Below, one piece after another: positions 46,956 to 58,902 of a DNA stretch of 64,000 nucleotides. Numbering within the stretch: the first letter of the stretch is position 1; each line of letters begins with the position of its first letter. This DNA is from Candidatus Eiseniibacteriota bacterium. Lineage in GTDB: Bacteria > Eisenbacteria > RBG-16-71-46 > JABDJR01. Where the stretch lies: NCBI GenBank assembly GCA_963762255.1, contig CAVXKA010000002.1, forward strand, positions 912,628 to 976,627, in the 5' to 3' direction. The notes below the pieces were generated by a model, which made no database searches, was not told where the DNA came from, and worked only from the letters and a program-made list of their open reading frames with translations. The translations under genes were made by a program, and so were the position numbers.

Positions 46956-46999
46956 AATTGTAAGTCCTCCCCTCGACTGGCGCCTGAAGGAGGTTGCCG

Positions 47000-49027
47000 A
47001 TGTCGAGAACCCTCGGTCCGGCCGCGCGGTCGTTCGCGATTGCGTCTCTGGTGTTTCTTGCCCTCTTCGGTTTCGGCTGCGGCTCCGGCCATGGCCCACG
47101 AGGCGAAAACCAGCTCCCCACGGCACAACTCACCGCCGGCCCCGTCGAAGGCGATACTACGAGCTACGAGGTGCGCCTGTTCTGGACGGGCAACGATCCG
47201 GACGGGTTCGTCAGCGCCTACGAGATCGCGGTCGACCCTCCGGATGAGCTTTCAACCGCGGAATGGGAGCGGACGACCGAGTTCAGCCGACTCTTCCGGT
47301 TCTCCACCTCTGAGGCCGAGTCCGCGGGAAGCGTGACGTCGAAGCTGGCCACCGGCCGTTTCCTCGGCATGCACGCGGTCTATGTGCGCGCGGTCGACGA
47401 CGAGGGCGCGGTCTCCGCGCCCGCCCACATAGCGGTCACCGCACGAAGCATAGCCCCGGTCACGACCATCACCGGGCCGAACATCCAATCCACCATCCTC
47501 CGTATCGGGCCCGCGCTTCGAGTGTCCTGGCGCGGCGAAGACCTGGATCCTGCCGGGGCGGGCCCTCTTCGGTACGAGTACAAGCTCATCGACCTGACCG
47601 AGCTCGTGCCGCGGGTCCACCTCCTTAGTGTCGTGGATCCGTACATGATCTTGTTGCGTGCAGTGGGCCTGCCCTGGGTTTCGGTGGACGACTCCCTCTC
47701 GGTGCGCTTGAGACTCGTCGTCCCCTCTCAGTACGTCTTCGCCGTGCGGGCCATCAACGCGGCGGGCGCGACCGAGCCGTTCTTCGATTGGGGCCGAAAC
47801 GCCTTCAAGTTCGAGACGCTTTCCGGTGCGGGCTCGCCGCGGCTTACCGTCACGAGCGAGTTGGGCACGTACACGTGGGACGGCTCGATGACGCATTACG
47901 TGACCTATGAAATGTTCCTGGACGCACCGATCCACTTCGTGGTGAGCGCGACGGCTGAAGCGTACGGAGAGGACATTGCCGGCTGGCGATGGGGTGTCGA
48001 TCTGGCCGACGTCGAGAGCGAGGAGGGATGGTCCCCTTGGACCACCGACCCGGACCTGTCCCTTCCCTCCTTCGCTCACCCGGGCGTCCACGCCCTCTAC
48101 ATTGAGGCTCGTGATGCCGTCGGCGGGGTGACCCTGGCCACCCTGATCCTCAATGTGATCGAAGCCACGATGGATCGCCCCGTCCTCTGGGTGGACGATG
48201 CCCGGGACACGACGTTCCCGATCGACGCGCAGCAGGATGCGTTCTGGCTGTCCCTGTTTCAGGACTCCGGTCGGTTCAACATGGAGACCGAGTTCTTCAA
48301 GTTCGAGGTCTACGGTGCGGGCGACGTCTTCAGCCCGACACCGATGCCTCCCACGCTGGAGCAGTTGGGGCGCTACAAGACGATCGTCTGGGAATGCACT
48401 GGGGGTGGCTACGACAGCCAGAGCGGGCTCCTCTACGTCTCGACTTTGAATCGGCAGCTTGGCGTCTACCTGCTGGCGGGCGGACAACTCTGGGTGGACG
48501 GCACGCTCACGGTTCCGGCGATGCTGCCATCGCAGGTCTCCATCCATTCCGACTTCAACTACCCCAAGAACGTGGCAGCCGAACCGAGCAGCTTCGCCTA
48601 TCACTTCATGAAGCTGGCTTCGAGCCGCATCATGAACGCCAAGGGCGCGGTTCCGAACGACAACATGATTGGGGTGAAACCCTTCCCGGGCAGCACCGCC
48701 ATCTACCCGCAGATGGACCAGGACTCGAACAAGATCAACCCCTTCAAGGCCTCGATCAGCCACTGCGACGCCATTTACGACCCGATCTACCTCCAGGACT
48801 CCGGGCTCGCGGGCGTCCTCGACTCGCTCTACGTCTATCAGGCCAAGAGCGCGATCAGTTCCTATCAGAACAAGCTCAACGCAGTCCGCTGGCACGATCC
48901 CGATCCGGCGCGCGAGCACGGCCGCACCCAGTGGTTCGGCTTCCCCCTCTACTACATGAAGAAGGACCAGGCCCAGGAGACCTTCAACCGGGCGATCGAC
49001 TGGTTCCGGGAGGAGATGAGGCCTTAG
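47000..49027 (+). CDS. Large hypothetical lipoprotein (paralog A)
   Basis: About 675 aa from the ATG at 47000 (the track shows the TTG at 46994). Signal plus lipobox (LALFGFGCGSG). Shares an N-terminal motif (VRLFWTGNDPDGFVSAYEIAVDPP) and C-terminal motif (RWHDPDPAREHGRTQWFGFPLYYMKK...IDWFREE) with the next gene. Confidence 0.65.
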   Translation: MSRTLGPAARSFAIASLVFLALFGFGCGSGHGPRGENQLPTAQLTAGPVEGDTTSYEVRLFWTGNDPDGFVSAYEIAVDPPDELSTAEWERTTEFSRLFRFSTSEAESAGSVTSKLATGRFLGMHAVYVRAVDDEGAVSAPAHIAVTARSIAPVTTITGPNIQSTILRIGPALRVSWRGEDLDPAGAGPLRYEYKLIDLTELVPRVHLLSVVDPYMILLRAVGLPWVSVDDSLSVRLRLVVPSQYVFAVRAINAAGATEPFFDWGRNAFKFETLSGAGSPRLTVTSELGTYTWDGSMTHYVTYEMFLDAPIHFVVSATAEAYGEDIAGWRWGVDLADVESEEGWSPWTTDPDLSLPSFAHPGVHALYIEARDAVGGVTLATLILNVIEATMDRPVLWVDDARDTTFPIDAQQDAFWLSLFQDSGRFNMETEFFKFEVYGAGDVFSPTPMPPTLEQLGRYKTIVWECTGGGYDSQSGLLYVSTLNRQLGVYLLAGGQLWVDGTLTVPAMLPSQVSIHSDFNYPKNVAAEPSSFAYHFMKLASSRIMNAKGAVPNDNMIGVKPFPGSTAIYPQMDQDSNKINPFKASISHCDAIYDPIYLQDSGLAGVLDSLYVYQAKSAISSYQNKLNAVRWHDPDPAREHGRTQWFGFPLYYMKKDQAQETFNRAIDWFREEMRP

Positions 49028-49209
49028 AGACGCGCAGGCCCCACACGAGCGGCGCGCGATTCCCCCTCCCGGCCCGGCCTGCTAGACTCCTTGCACTCCG
49101 CGCAGGGCCGGGCCTTGGACCCCCTGGGCCCGCGGGGTATCGATCCACCAGGGCTTGCCGGAATTGCATGAACTTCGTCCTCAGATCCCAACGATCCCCG
49201 GGCCGCTCC

Positions 49210-51384
49210 ATGCGTGCCTTGCGAGCGCTGCTCGCCGGACTCCTGCTGACCTCGATCGCCGGATGCAGCGACCACCCGGAGGACCACCCCACCGCCAACC
49301 AGCTTCCCTTGGTGCGCATCACCGGCGGGCCGCTCGAGGGCACGAAGGCCGCCTACACCGCAAGGGTCTACTGGACGGGTTGGGACAACGACGGCGTCGT
49401 CACGAACTATGAATACGCCATCGATCCCCCTCAGGCCTTTACGTTAGAGGAGATCAGCCACCCGGAGCTGTTCCCCGACATCAAGATCAGGATGATTCCC
49501 GGTCCGGCGCTTGGGCTCGACACGCTGCGCGTGTCCAAGACGGTGGACGGAACCGTCCATTCCTTCCGTTGGATCCAGACCACAGCCTACAGTCGCTCCT
49601 TCGAATTCATGACCCCCGACGCGGATTCCTTGAGCGCCGGTTCGAAGAGGGTCCCCGACACATCGTTCTCGGGCTTCCACGTGGTCTACGTGCGCGCACG
49701 CGACGACGACGGCGATTACGCAGCCCAGGCCGAGCTCCTGGCGTACATCGCGAAGACGTTCGTGCCCGAGTCGCTCATCACACGGCCGCTCATCAGCGCC
49801 AACGTCCTTCCGGTCGGAAGCACGATCACCGTGCACTGGGACGGGCTCGACGCCGACTCGCCCGATCCGAACAAGAAGCCTGTCGGCTATATCCATCGAC
49901 TGCTCAACCTCGAAAGTCTTCAACCGACGCCATCCCTGCTGCACGTGCAGGCCTCGGTGCTCTTCAACCCGGCGGGCCGAGAGAGCACCTGGACCTATCA
50001 GAGCGCGGACACGTTGAGCCGCACCTTCTACCTGAACACCAAGGACCGCTATGTGTTCGGGGTGCGCGCGGTGGATGTGGCCGGAGCGATCGAGCCGTTC
50101 CTCGACTACGGGCGAAACGCGTTCAAGTTCCAGTCGTTCGCGGGAGGCGGAAACCCGCGCCTGACGGTCACCGAACCCTCGTTGGGGACCTTCGAGTTTC
50201 GCGGCTCCGGAACCGCCTACGACGTAGAGGTTCCATTTGGCGCGTCGCTCCGCTTCACGTGGAGCGCCTCCGCCGAGGACTACGGCGGCACCATCGAGGG
50301 GTTCAGCTACGGGGTGGACATCCCCGACCTCGACCGCGAGGGACCCACCTCGGGCTGGAGCGGGTGGGGATTGTTCTACGCCAACTTCCAGCCCATCGTG
50401 TTCCGCACATCCGGCGTGCACGTGTTCTACGTGAGGGCGCGGGACGTGTCGGGAAGCGTCACGCTGGGCATCCTCGTCATCAACGTGCTGGAGTTCCCAT
50501 TGGACCGGGAGATCCTCATGGTGGACGACTCTCTCGACCGGACCCATCCGGACGATGTGGAGCATGACGCCTTCTGGACCTCGCTCTTCGACGACTCGGG
50601 TCGGTTCGGGGAAACGGGGCACTTCGATCACGCCGTGCACGGAGCCAACGATACGTACTCGGCGGCCCCCATCCCGCCCCGACTGAGCGACCTGGGCCGC
50701 TACCAGACCGTCATCTGGGCCTGCACCGGGAGCGGTTACAACGGCCAGAGCGGCCTCTTCTCCACGACCGTGTTCAAGAAGCACCTCGGCGCGTATCTGC
50801 GGGCGGGAGGCAAGCTGTGGCTGACCGGCACGATGACCGTCGCCGCATCGATGCCCTCCGTCACCGGGACCAACGCCGACCTGGTGTACCCCAAATCCCC
50901 CGATCGCGGCACGTTCCCGTTCGACTTCCTCAAGCTGTATTCCACCAAGATCGACAACGACAGGGGCACGCGCAAGAACAACAACTTGATCGGCGTGAGC
51001 CCGTTCCCCGGGAAACCGGAGATCTACCCCCCGATGGATTCGGACGGGGTGAAGGTCGGGACATACAAGAGCGGAATCAGTCACAGCGACGCAGTATTCG
51101 ACCCCATCTACGGCCAGGACCAAGACGACTTCAGCGGCAAGATCGACTCGCTCTACGTCTACCTGTCCTATGTGCCCAACACGACATACAACAGGAAGCT
51201 CAACGCCATCCGGTGGCACGACCCCGATCCGGCGCGCAGACAGGGGCGCACGCAATGGTTCGGGTTCCCTCTATACTTTATGAAGAAGGAACAAGCGCAG
51301 ATCGTCTTCAATCGGTCGATCGACTGGTTCCGCGAGGAGCAGCGATTCGAGCCTAACGAGATGCCGGCGTCGCCGTCTCGTTAG
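49210..51384 (+). CDS. Large hypothetical lipoprotein (paralog B, tandem duplicate of 47000..49027)
   Basis: About 724 aa from MRALRALLAGLLLTSIAGCSD (lipobox). VYWTGWDNDGVVTNYEYAIDPP ... RWHDPDPARRQGRTQWFGFPLYFMKKEQAQIVFNRSIDWFREE. An alternative ATG lies at 49168. Confidence 0.65.
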   Translation: MRALRALLAGLLLTSIAGCSDHPEDHPTANQLPLVRITGGPLEGTKAAYTARVYWTGWDNDGVVTNYEYAIDPPQAFTLEEISHPELFPDIKIRMIPGPALGLDTLRVSKTVDGTVHSFRWIQTTAYSRSFEFMTPDADSLSAGSKRVPDTSFSGFHVVYVRARDDDGDYAAQAELLAYIAKTFVPESLITRPLISANVLPVGSTITVHWDGLDADSPDPNKKPVGYIHRLLNLESLQPTPSLLHVQASVLFNPAGRESTWTYQSADTLSRTFYLNTKDRYVFGVRAVDVAGAIEPFLDYGRNAFKFQSFAGGGNPRLTVTEPSLGTFEFRGSGTAYDVEVPFGASLRFTWSASAEDYGGTIEGFSYGVDIPDLDREGPTSGWSGWGLFYANFQPIVFRTSGVHVFYVRARDVSGSVTLGILVINVLEFPLDREILMVDDSLDRTHPDDVEHDAFWTSLFDDSGRFGETGHFDHAVHGANDTYSAAPIPPRLSDLGRYQTVIWACTGSGYNGQSGLFSTTVFKKHLGAYLRAGGKLWLTGTMTVAASMPSVTGTNADLVYPKSPDRGTFPFDFLKLYSTKIDNDRGTRKNNNLIGVSPFPGKPEIYPPMDSDGVKVGTYKSGISHSDAVFDPIYGQDQDDFSGKIDSLYVYLSYVPNTTYNRKLNAIRWHDPDPARRQGRTQWFGFPLYFMKKEQAQIVFNRSIDWFREEQRFEPNEMPASPSR

Positions 51385-53360
51385 GCTCGCAGATACTTCT
51401 CCAGCCACCCGAGTACATTGTCCCACCACACCCGGCGGTTCTTGGGCTTCAGAACCCAGTGCCCCTCGTCGGGGAAGTAGAGGAATCGCGAGGGCACTCC
51501 GCGGCGCTGAAGCGCGGTAAACATGGTGAGCCCCTCGCTCACAGGGCAACGGAAGTCCTGTTCGCCCTGCACGACCAGGGTCGGGGTGCGCATGCTCCCC
51601 ACGTGCAGATGCGGCGACCACTTGCGGTACTCCTCGGGTCGCTCCCACGGCGCGCCGAAGAACTCCCACTCCGTGAACCAGAGCTCGTCGGTCGCGTAGT
51701 CCATCATCTCGGTGTTGAAGATGCCGTCGTGGCTGATCAGGCAGCGGAAGCGGTCGGTGTGGCCGGCGATCCAATTCACCATGTACCCGCCGAAGCTCCC
51801 GCCGGCGGCGGCGGTCCGCTCTCCGTCGCAGTAATCGTAGGACGCGAGGACGTGGTTGAATCCGCGCTCGAGGTCCTCGTAGCAGGCCCCGCCCCATTCG
51901 CCGCGGATGGCGTCGGTGAAGGCCTGTCCGTAGCTGGTGCTCCCGCGGAAGTTGATCATCACCACGACATAGCCGGGAGAGGCGAAGAGCTGGGAGTTCC
52001 ACCGCTCGTGGAAGTCGAGCCCGAACATCCCCTGAGGACCGCCGTGGATCAGGAAGACCACGGGGTACTTGAGTCCCTTTTCGAATCCCGGGGGCTTGAT
52101 CAGGAAGCCGTGTACGCGGGCCCCTTGTGCCCCCTCGAACCAGAAGTCCTCAGCGGGCCCGAGATCGAGTTCGGACAGAAGTTCGCGGTTGAGCGCCGTG
52201 AGTGCGACGGCGTCGCCCCCGCGGGCGGCTACCCGGTGGATCTCGGGAGGGCCGTCGGCCCCTTCGCGGCCGAACACGAGCCAGGCCCCGTCCGGGCTGA
52301 TCGCGGGATCGTGATCCGTGGGTCCGTCGGTGAGGGGTCGCGGCGCTCCTCCGTCCGCATCCACCGCGAAGAGCCGGGTGCGGCCATCGTCCTGTGCGGA
52401 GAAGTAAAGGTGCTTTCCGTCGGGACTCCAGACCGTCGGCCCCGCCGAGCGGTCGAAGTCGGGCGCCACCTCGCGCACCTTCCCCGTGCGCCGATCGAAG
52501 ACGAGGATCTCGCGCTTGTCCGCCTCGTAGCCGGCCCGGCGCATGCCGAGGTAGGCGATCTGCGCTCCGTCGGGCGAGTAGACCGGAAACGCGTTGCCGC
52601 CATCCCACGGGCTGATCCGCTTCGGCTCGCCACCGGAGACCGGGATGGTCCACAGGTGAGCGCTGGTCGACAGTGCCTGCGCGTCGTCGCGAAGCGAGAC
52701 GAAGCAGATCTCCTTGCCGTCCGGTGACACGGCGTAGTCCGGTTCGCCGGTCAACGAGCGCGGCGGCACCGGGTAGGGCCCGGGGGTAAGATCCCGCGCC
52801 GCGCCGGTCCCGAGATCGACCGCGAACAGGTGATCGATCTTTCCCTCGCCCCAGGAATCCCAGTGGCGAAACATGAGCGCGTCGATCTCGCGCGGCCGGA
52901 CTTTCTCCTTCTCGGCCGCCGCTTCCCGCTTGGCGATTTCATCGGGGTCGTTGGTGTCGGCGTAGACGGAGGAGATCACCAGCAACCGCTTCCCATCGGG
53001 GAACCACATCGGACGCTGCGCACCGAGCTTGATATCTGTGACTTTGCGGGCCTCGCCACCCTCGGTGGGAAGAACCCACACCTGCGACGTGCCGCTCCGG
53101 TTCGATGTGAAGGCGATCCACCGGCCATCGGGCGAGAACGCGTGGTCGCCGTTCGAAGTGCCCTGCCGCGTGAGCTGCACCGGCTCCCCGCCGGCCAGCG
53201 GCATCCGGTGGAGGTGACTCACGTTCCGGTTCTCTTCCAGGCTCGGCTTCGAAACGACGAACACCACCGACGTCCCGTCCGGAGATACCCGTGGCCGGCT
53301 CGCACGGTGCATCGACAAGAGATCCGCGACCTGCATCGGCCGCTTGCGGTTTGCGTTCAC
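51381..53360 (-). CDS. S9-family serine peptidase (prolyl oligopeptidase/acylaminoacyl-peptidase-like with N-terminal beta-propeller)
   Basis: 659 aa. Repeated SPDG propeller motifs. Catalytic GGSFGGYM (GxSxG) plus C-terminal D/H. Confidence 0.8.
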   Translation of the reverse strand: MNANRKRPMQVADLLSMHRASRPRVSPDGTSVVFVVSKPSLEENRNVSHLHRMPLAGGEPVQLTRQGTSNGDHAFSPDGRWIAFTSNRSGTSQVWVLPTEGGEARKVTDIKLGAQRPMWFPDGKRLLVISSVYADTNDPDEIAKREAAAEKEKVRPREIDALMFRHWDSWGEGKIDHLFAVDLGTGAARDLTPGPYPVPPRSLTGEPDYAVSPDGKEICFVSLRDDAQALSTSAHLWTIPVSGGEPKRISPWDGGNAFPVYSPDGAQIAYLGMRRAGYEADKREILVFDRRTGKVREVAPDFDRSAGPTVWSPDGKHLYFSAQDDGRTRLFAVDADGGAPRPLTDGPTDHDPAISPDGAWLVFGREGADGPPEIHRVAARGGDAVALTALNRELLSELDLGPAEDFWFEGAQGARVHGFLIKPPGFEKGLKYPVVFLIHGGPQGMFGLDFHERWNSQLFASPGYVVVMINFRGSTSYGQAFTDAIRGEWGGACYEDLERGFNHVLASYDYCDGERTAAAGGSFGGYMVNWIAGHTDRFRCLISHDGIFNTEMMDYATDELWFTEWEFFGAPWERPEEYRKWSPHLHVGSMRTPTLVVQGEQDFRCPVSEGLTMFTALQRRGVPSRFLYFPDEGHWVLKPKNRRVWWDNVLGWLEKYLRA

Positions 53361-53387
53361 GTCATACTCCCGCCGGTTTCCCGGCTC

Positions 53388-54448
<1,061 letters not shown>

Positions 54449-54452
<4 letters not shown>

Positions 54453-56317
54453 GAGCGCCCGGTCTCCGTGAGTTGCTGAATCCTCTCGATGATCTCATCC
54501 ACCGTGAACGGCTTCCCCTGCACCTTGCCGAAGGCGATCGCGTCCACGAGGTACTTTCCGCGCAGCAGGAAGGCGAGCTGACCGGTGTTCATCTCCGGCA
54601 CGAGCACCGTGCGAAAACGACCGAGCGCTTCCCCGAGATCGCGGGGAAGCGGGTTCAGGTACCGCAAGTGAAGGTGACCCACCGAGAGTCCGCGCGAGAC
54701 CGCCTCCTCCGCCGCGCCGCGCAGCGCGCCGAAGGTGCCGCCCCACCCTACCATCAGCACCTCTCCGCTCTGCTCGCCGTAGATCTCCACCGGCGGGATC
54801 TCTTCCGCCACGCGCTCCACCTTCTCCGCCCGCAGACGGATCATATGCTCGTGGTTCTCGGCGTCGTAGGAGATGGTGCCGGTTCCGTCCTGCTTCTCCA
54901 GCCCGCCGATCCGATGCTCCAACCCCGCGGTTCCGGGTCGAGCCCAGTTGCGCGCCAGGGTCCCGGGGTCGCGGCCGTAGGGCAGGAACGGCTCTCCATC
55001 CGTGGGCGGCGCCGCGAACCTCACCTTGATCTCGGGCAAATCCTCCGCACGGGGAATGCGGAACGGCTCCGAGCCGGTGGCGATGTATCCGTCGGTGAGC
55101 AGCACGACCGGGGTCATGTACTTGAGTGCGATACGCGCGGCCTCGAACGCCATCCAGAAGCAGTCCCCGGCGGTGGCGGCGGCGAGCACCGGGAGCGGGG
55201 ACTCGCCGTGCCGTCCGTAGAGTGCCTGGAAGAGGTCGGCCTGCTCCGGCTTCGTCGGGAGCCCCGTCGAAGGCCCACCTCGCTGGATGTTGACGACAAC
55301 GAGCGGCAGCTCGGTCATGACCGCAAGGCCGAGCGCTTCGCCCTTGAGCGCCATGCCGGGACCGCTGGTCGTGGTCACCGCCAGCGCTCCCGCGAAGGCG
55401 GCGCCGATCGACGAGGTGATCGCCGCGATCTCGTCCTCGGCCTGAAACGTCACCACCTCGTAGTTCTTGTAACGGCTCAGTTCGTGCAGCACGTCGCTGG
55501 CCGGGGTGATCGGGTAGGAGCCCTGGAACAGGGTGAGCCCCGCGCGCTGCGCCGCGCAGATGAGGCCCAGCGCCAGCGCTCCGTTCCCGGAGATGCTCCG
55601 GTACCAGCCTGGATCGAGCGGGGCCGGCGGCACCTCGTAGGTGGACTGGAAGAGTTCGGAGGCCCGCGCGAACTCGGTGCCCCCCTTCAGCGCGAGCAGG
55701 TTTGCTTCCACCAGATCGGGACGCGCCGCGAACTTGCTCTCGATCCACTTCACCGTGGTCTCCGGCGAGCGGCTGTAGAGCCAGTACATGATCCCCAGTG
55801 CGAAGAAGTTCTTGCAGCGATCCTTCTCCTTGGGCGTGAGCTGCGTGCTCTCCAGCGACTTGCGGGTCAGCTCGGTGAGCGGCGCGGCCACCACGCGGAA
55901 GGCGTCGAGCGTGTGATCCTCGAGCGGGTTCGTCGTGTAGCCCACGCGCTCGAGATTGCGCTGCGTGAAGGCATCGAGGTTGAGGATCAGGATCCCGTTC
56001 GGGCGCAACTCCGCGATGTTCAAGCGCAGCGCGGCGGGGTTCATGGCCACCAGCACGTCGGGGCGCCCCCCCGGCGTGTGGATATCGTGGCTCGAAAAGC
56101 GGATCTGGAAACCGGAGACGCCGGGAAGCGTCCCCGCCGGGGCGCGAATCTCGGCGGGAAAATCGGGCAGCGTGGCGAGATCGTTGCCGGCAATGGCGGT
56201 GGTGGTCGAGAACTGGCTCCCGGTGAGCTGCATGCCGTCGCCGGAATCCCCGGCGAAGCGGATGACCACGTCGTCCAGTCGCTCCGGCTTCACGGCGTTT
56301 CGAGCTTTCGCGTCCAT
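54449..56317 (-). CDS. korA: 2-oxoacid:ferredoxin oxidoreductase alpha subunit (KorA-like; gamma-alpha fusion)
   Basis: 622 aa from MDAKARNAVKPERLDDVVIRFAGDSGDGMQLTG.... The stop overlaps the korB ATG (ATGA). The upstream 158 aa of the track ORF are junk. Confidence 0.8.
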
Positions 56318-56343
56318 GCAGGTGGTCCGTGGGTGGTTGGGGT

Positions 56344-57156
56344 TCAGCCGGCCAGGATGCGTTCGAGACGGCGGGCGTGGGCGCGCACCGAGGGATCGCC
56401 GTGCCCCGCGTAGTCCCGAACCACACGCAGGAGCCCGCGCTTCTGGCGCGCGGAACCGTGGCCGGAGTCGAACCACAACTCTACCTGATGCTCGATCTGG
56501 CGTGCCACCGGCCGCGCCGCCGAGGCGCCGTCGTTGAGCCAGCGCGCCATCTCGTCCAGCGCGTATTCGGGGTGGCTCAGGTAGAGACCCTGGCCAAGGA
56601 CATGACCGAGGAGCCGCCGCACGCGCACGTGCCGTTCGCCCCGCAGCACGCGCAGCACCTTGAGCGTGGAGCGAGGGTCGGTTCGCGCGGGCACCTCGAG
56701 GCCGTGCAGCGCGGCCCAGCGGCGCCAGGGATCCCGGTGGGCCAGCCAGGGCGACATCAGCCGGAACATGTCGCGGGGAGCGCGGCCCCACATCCAGTAG
56801 AGCTCCTCCATGATCGCGACCCAGGGGCGGCGCCCCGGGAGGGACGCTACGCGTCCCATTTCACGCACGAACGCGCGGGGGTCGTCGTCGTAAAGATAGG
56901 CCCGGGCATAGAGGACGGCGGTCCGCACTCCGAGCCGCCGGTCGTTCTCGTGATCGGCGATGAACTCGTCGGCTGCGGCTCGTCGGGACCGGCCGCATCG
57001 GGCGAGGGCGTAGCCGACGTCGTCAAGATGATCGAGATCCTCGCTCATGCAGAGACCCAACAGCCACCGCTTCGTTTCGGCTCGAGGCCAATCATCGAGA
57101 CATTTCCAGACGGCGGTCTTGAGCGTCTTGCTTTCCGGACGGGCGCTCCTGCTCAC
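56344..57156 (-). CDS. DNA alkylation repair enzyme (AlkC/AlkD-like HEAT-repeat glycosylase family)
   Basis: 270 aa, all-alpha with Trp/Arg-rich HEAT-like repeats (…WLAHRDPWRRWAALHGLEV…) as in the DNA_alkylation family. The assignment is by overall pattern and should be treated as moderate. Confidence 0.45.
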   Translation of the reverse strand: MSRSARPESKTLKTAVWKCLDDWPRAETKRWLLGLCMSEDLDHLDDVGYALARCGRSRRAAADEFIADHENDRRLGVRTAVLYARAYLYDDDPRAFVREMGRVASLPGRRPWVAIMEELYWMWGRAPRDMFRLMSPWLAHRDPWRRWAALHGLEVPARTDPRSTLKVLRVLRGERHVRVRRLLGHVLGQGLYLSHPEYALDEMARWLNDGASAARPVARQIEHQVELWFDSGHGSARQKRGLLRVVRDYAGHGDPSVRAHARRLERILAG

Positions 57157-57281
57157 ACCCTTACTCCTTTGCGCGACACAAGGGGCCGCGCACGACCTTG
57201 GGCATGATAGAAAATGACCGCCGGGTGCGCCAGAGTATTTTGTGGTGCGGCGCGTGCTTGCCTTCGGTCGCGGACTCGGCC

Positions 57282-57325
57282 GGAAAAGCCGGGGCCCCTT
57301 CCGCCTGTTGTTGGAAGGGGCCCCG
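57282..57325 (-). terminator. Rho-independent terminator after the 58733→57360 two-gene unit
   Basis: 13-bp perfect stem CGGGGCCCCTTCC/GGAAGGGGCCCCG with a 10-nt loop. The minus strand then reads GGCTTTTCC. Confidence 0.5.
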
Positions 57326-57359
57326 CGAAACAGAAACGCCTGTGGTCGACGTGATCTAG

Positions 57360-58055
57360 CTAGTACAGGCTCTTGATCCGTCCCCAGGTGGAGGACTCGG
57401 TCGCGACTGGAGGCTGCACGTCGAGCTTGGTGTCCGACATCCCGAAGTAGCCCAGATTGGCCACAGGAACAACTTCCGGATCCACGCTGAAGCCCCCGGT
57501 GTCCTTCCCGATGAACCCCATACCGGACTGGCTCACGCGGCTGAACAGCGATCCACCCGTGAACTGGAAGTCGGAGTTCTGGCTTCCGGTCGTCTTGATC
57601 GTAGAAGTGTGGAATCCGGAGAACGAACCTTCCAGGATCATCGTCCCGTCCTGGAACGTGGCGATGTTTCCGAAGTCGGCATTGGGCGAGGCGTCTTCAT
57701 AGATCCGAAACGTGCCGCCGCTGTAGTTCGTCACGTACTGTGGGTACTGCGGGATGGGGGGAGGCAGGCTCCCCAGCGACACCATGCCGGTCATGATGTA
57801 GGTGTACTCCACCCCCGCGGCGTTCGGGTTCAGGTCCGCGAATGGATCGTTGAAATCCACGACCTTCCCCACGATGGTGAGCACGTCGCCCGCGATCGAG
57901 GTATGGGTGCCGACCACCCGCGTCCCTTCCCGCGCGTAGCTGGCGGCCCCGAATTCCACCACCGGGTTCACGATCGCCGCCCCCACCCCCGAGAACGCCA
58001 TGACCAGGGCGGTCGAAAGCGTCGCAGTCAGCATGAAGCGATAGCGATTGCGCAT
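57360..58055 (-). CDS. Secreted hypothetical protein (paralog 1) with a conserved C-terminal ...TWGRIKSLY tail
   Basis: 231 aa. Signal peptide MRNRYRFMLTATLSTALVMAFSGVGAA. Gly/Thr-rich beta protein. Its start lies 4 nt from the stop of the upstream paralog. Confidence 0.55.
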   Translation of the reverse strand: MRNRYRFMLTATLSTALVMAFSGVGAAIVNPVVEFGAASYAREGTRVVGTHTSIAGDVLTIVGKVVDFNDPFADLNPNAAGVEYTYIMTGMVSLGSLPPPIPQYPQYVTNYSGGTFRIYEDASPNADFGNIATFQDGTMILEGSFSGFHTSTIKTTGSQNSDFQFTGGSLFSRVSQSGMGFIGKDTGGFSVDPEVVPVANLGYFGMSDTKLDVQPPVATESSTWGRIKSLY

Positions 58056-58058
58056 GGT

Positions 58059-58733
58059 TTATTCCTCCCCCAGGTACTTGTGCTTGAGACTTCCCCAGGT
58101 GCTCGGCGTGGTGCCGATCGTATCCTCGATGTAGAGCGCCCCGTCGATCTGCCAACTGTACCCGATGGGGACCGGGCTACCCGGCGTCGGGAATGCCCGA
58201 AGCCCGGCCAGGGTCCAACCCGTCCTCTGGTAAGTAGGGACGTTTGCGAGCTGGGTTCCGCGGACGAGGTCCATCGTCCCCTCCAGGCTCCCTTCCCCGG
58301 TGGACAGATCGAAGTACACGGTGAGGCCCGTGAAGTCGGCGCCGATCACGCACTCCCCGTCGGTAAACGTGCTCGGAGAGACGGCGTTGGGAGGATTGGT
58401 CCCGTAGTCCGCCGCCGTTCCGCCCATCAAGGGGTCACCGTACACGTCGAAGGTCCCCCCGGTGAACGAGATGACGACGAAGGTCCCGAAGGTATCCGCC
58501 TGAGCGATGCACGCCCCGGTGGCGTAGAACGTGTACTCGTTGGTGGCGTAGTCGAAGTTCAGATAGGTGGGCTCGACAGCGGGAACGTAGCCGACCGCGT
58601 TGTAACAGCCGGCCGGATTCCAGTAGTCGTAACCGTAAAAGTCGAGGAAGAGTTCGGCGGCTCCGGCCGCCACGGCGAACAGCACGATCACAGCAAAGGC
58701 CAAAACCGCTCCCCGATATCTCAAGTTCTTCAT
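58059..58733 (-). CDS. Secreted hypothetical protein (paralog 2) with a C-terminal ...TWGSLKHKYLGEE tail
   Basis: About 224 aa from MKNLRYRGAVLAFAVIVLFAVAAGAA. Shares YGDP..GG..ADYG and C-terminal (S/T)TWG(R/S)(I/L)K motifs with paralog 1. Confidence 0.55.
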   Translation of the reverse strand: MKNLRYRGAVLAFAVIVLFAVAAGAAELFLDFYGYDYWNPAGCYNAVGYVPAVEPTYLNFDYATNEYTFYATGACIAQADTFGTFVVISFTGGTFDVYGDPLMGGTAADYGTNPPNAVSPSTFTDGECVIGADFTGLTVYFDLSTGEGSLEGTMDLVRGTQLANVPTYQRTGWTLAGLRAFPTPGSPVPIGYSWQIDGALYIEDTIGTTPSTWGSLKHKYLGEE

Positions 58734-58902
58734 GCGGACCTCCTTTGGCGCGCAGAGCAGTGCGCCCGTCGACGCGAAGCAGCACACGCGCGGTCAGGGG
58801 GAGGATCCCCACCGCGGAGAGTCAAGCAACATCTCGAGTCTGTAGCCCCGTATCTGCCAGACTACCCGATGGTGCCGGTTCTTTCAAGATAGGAGATGGT
58901 TC

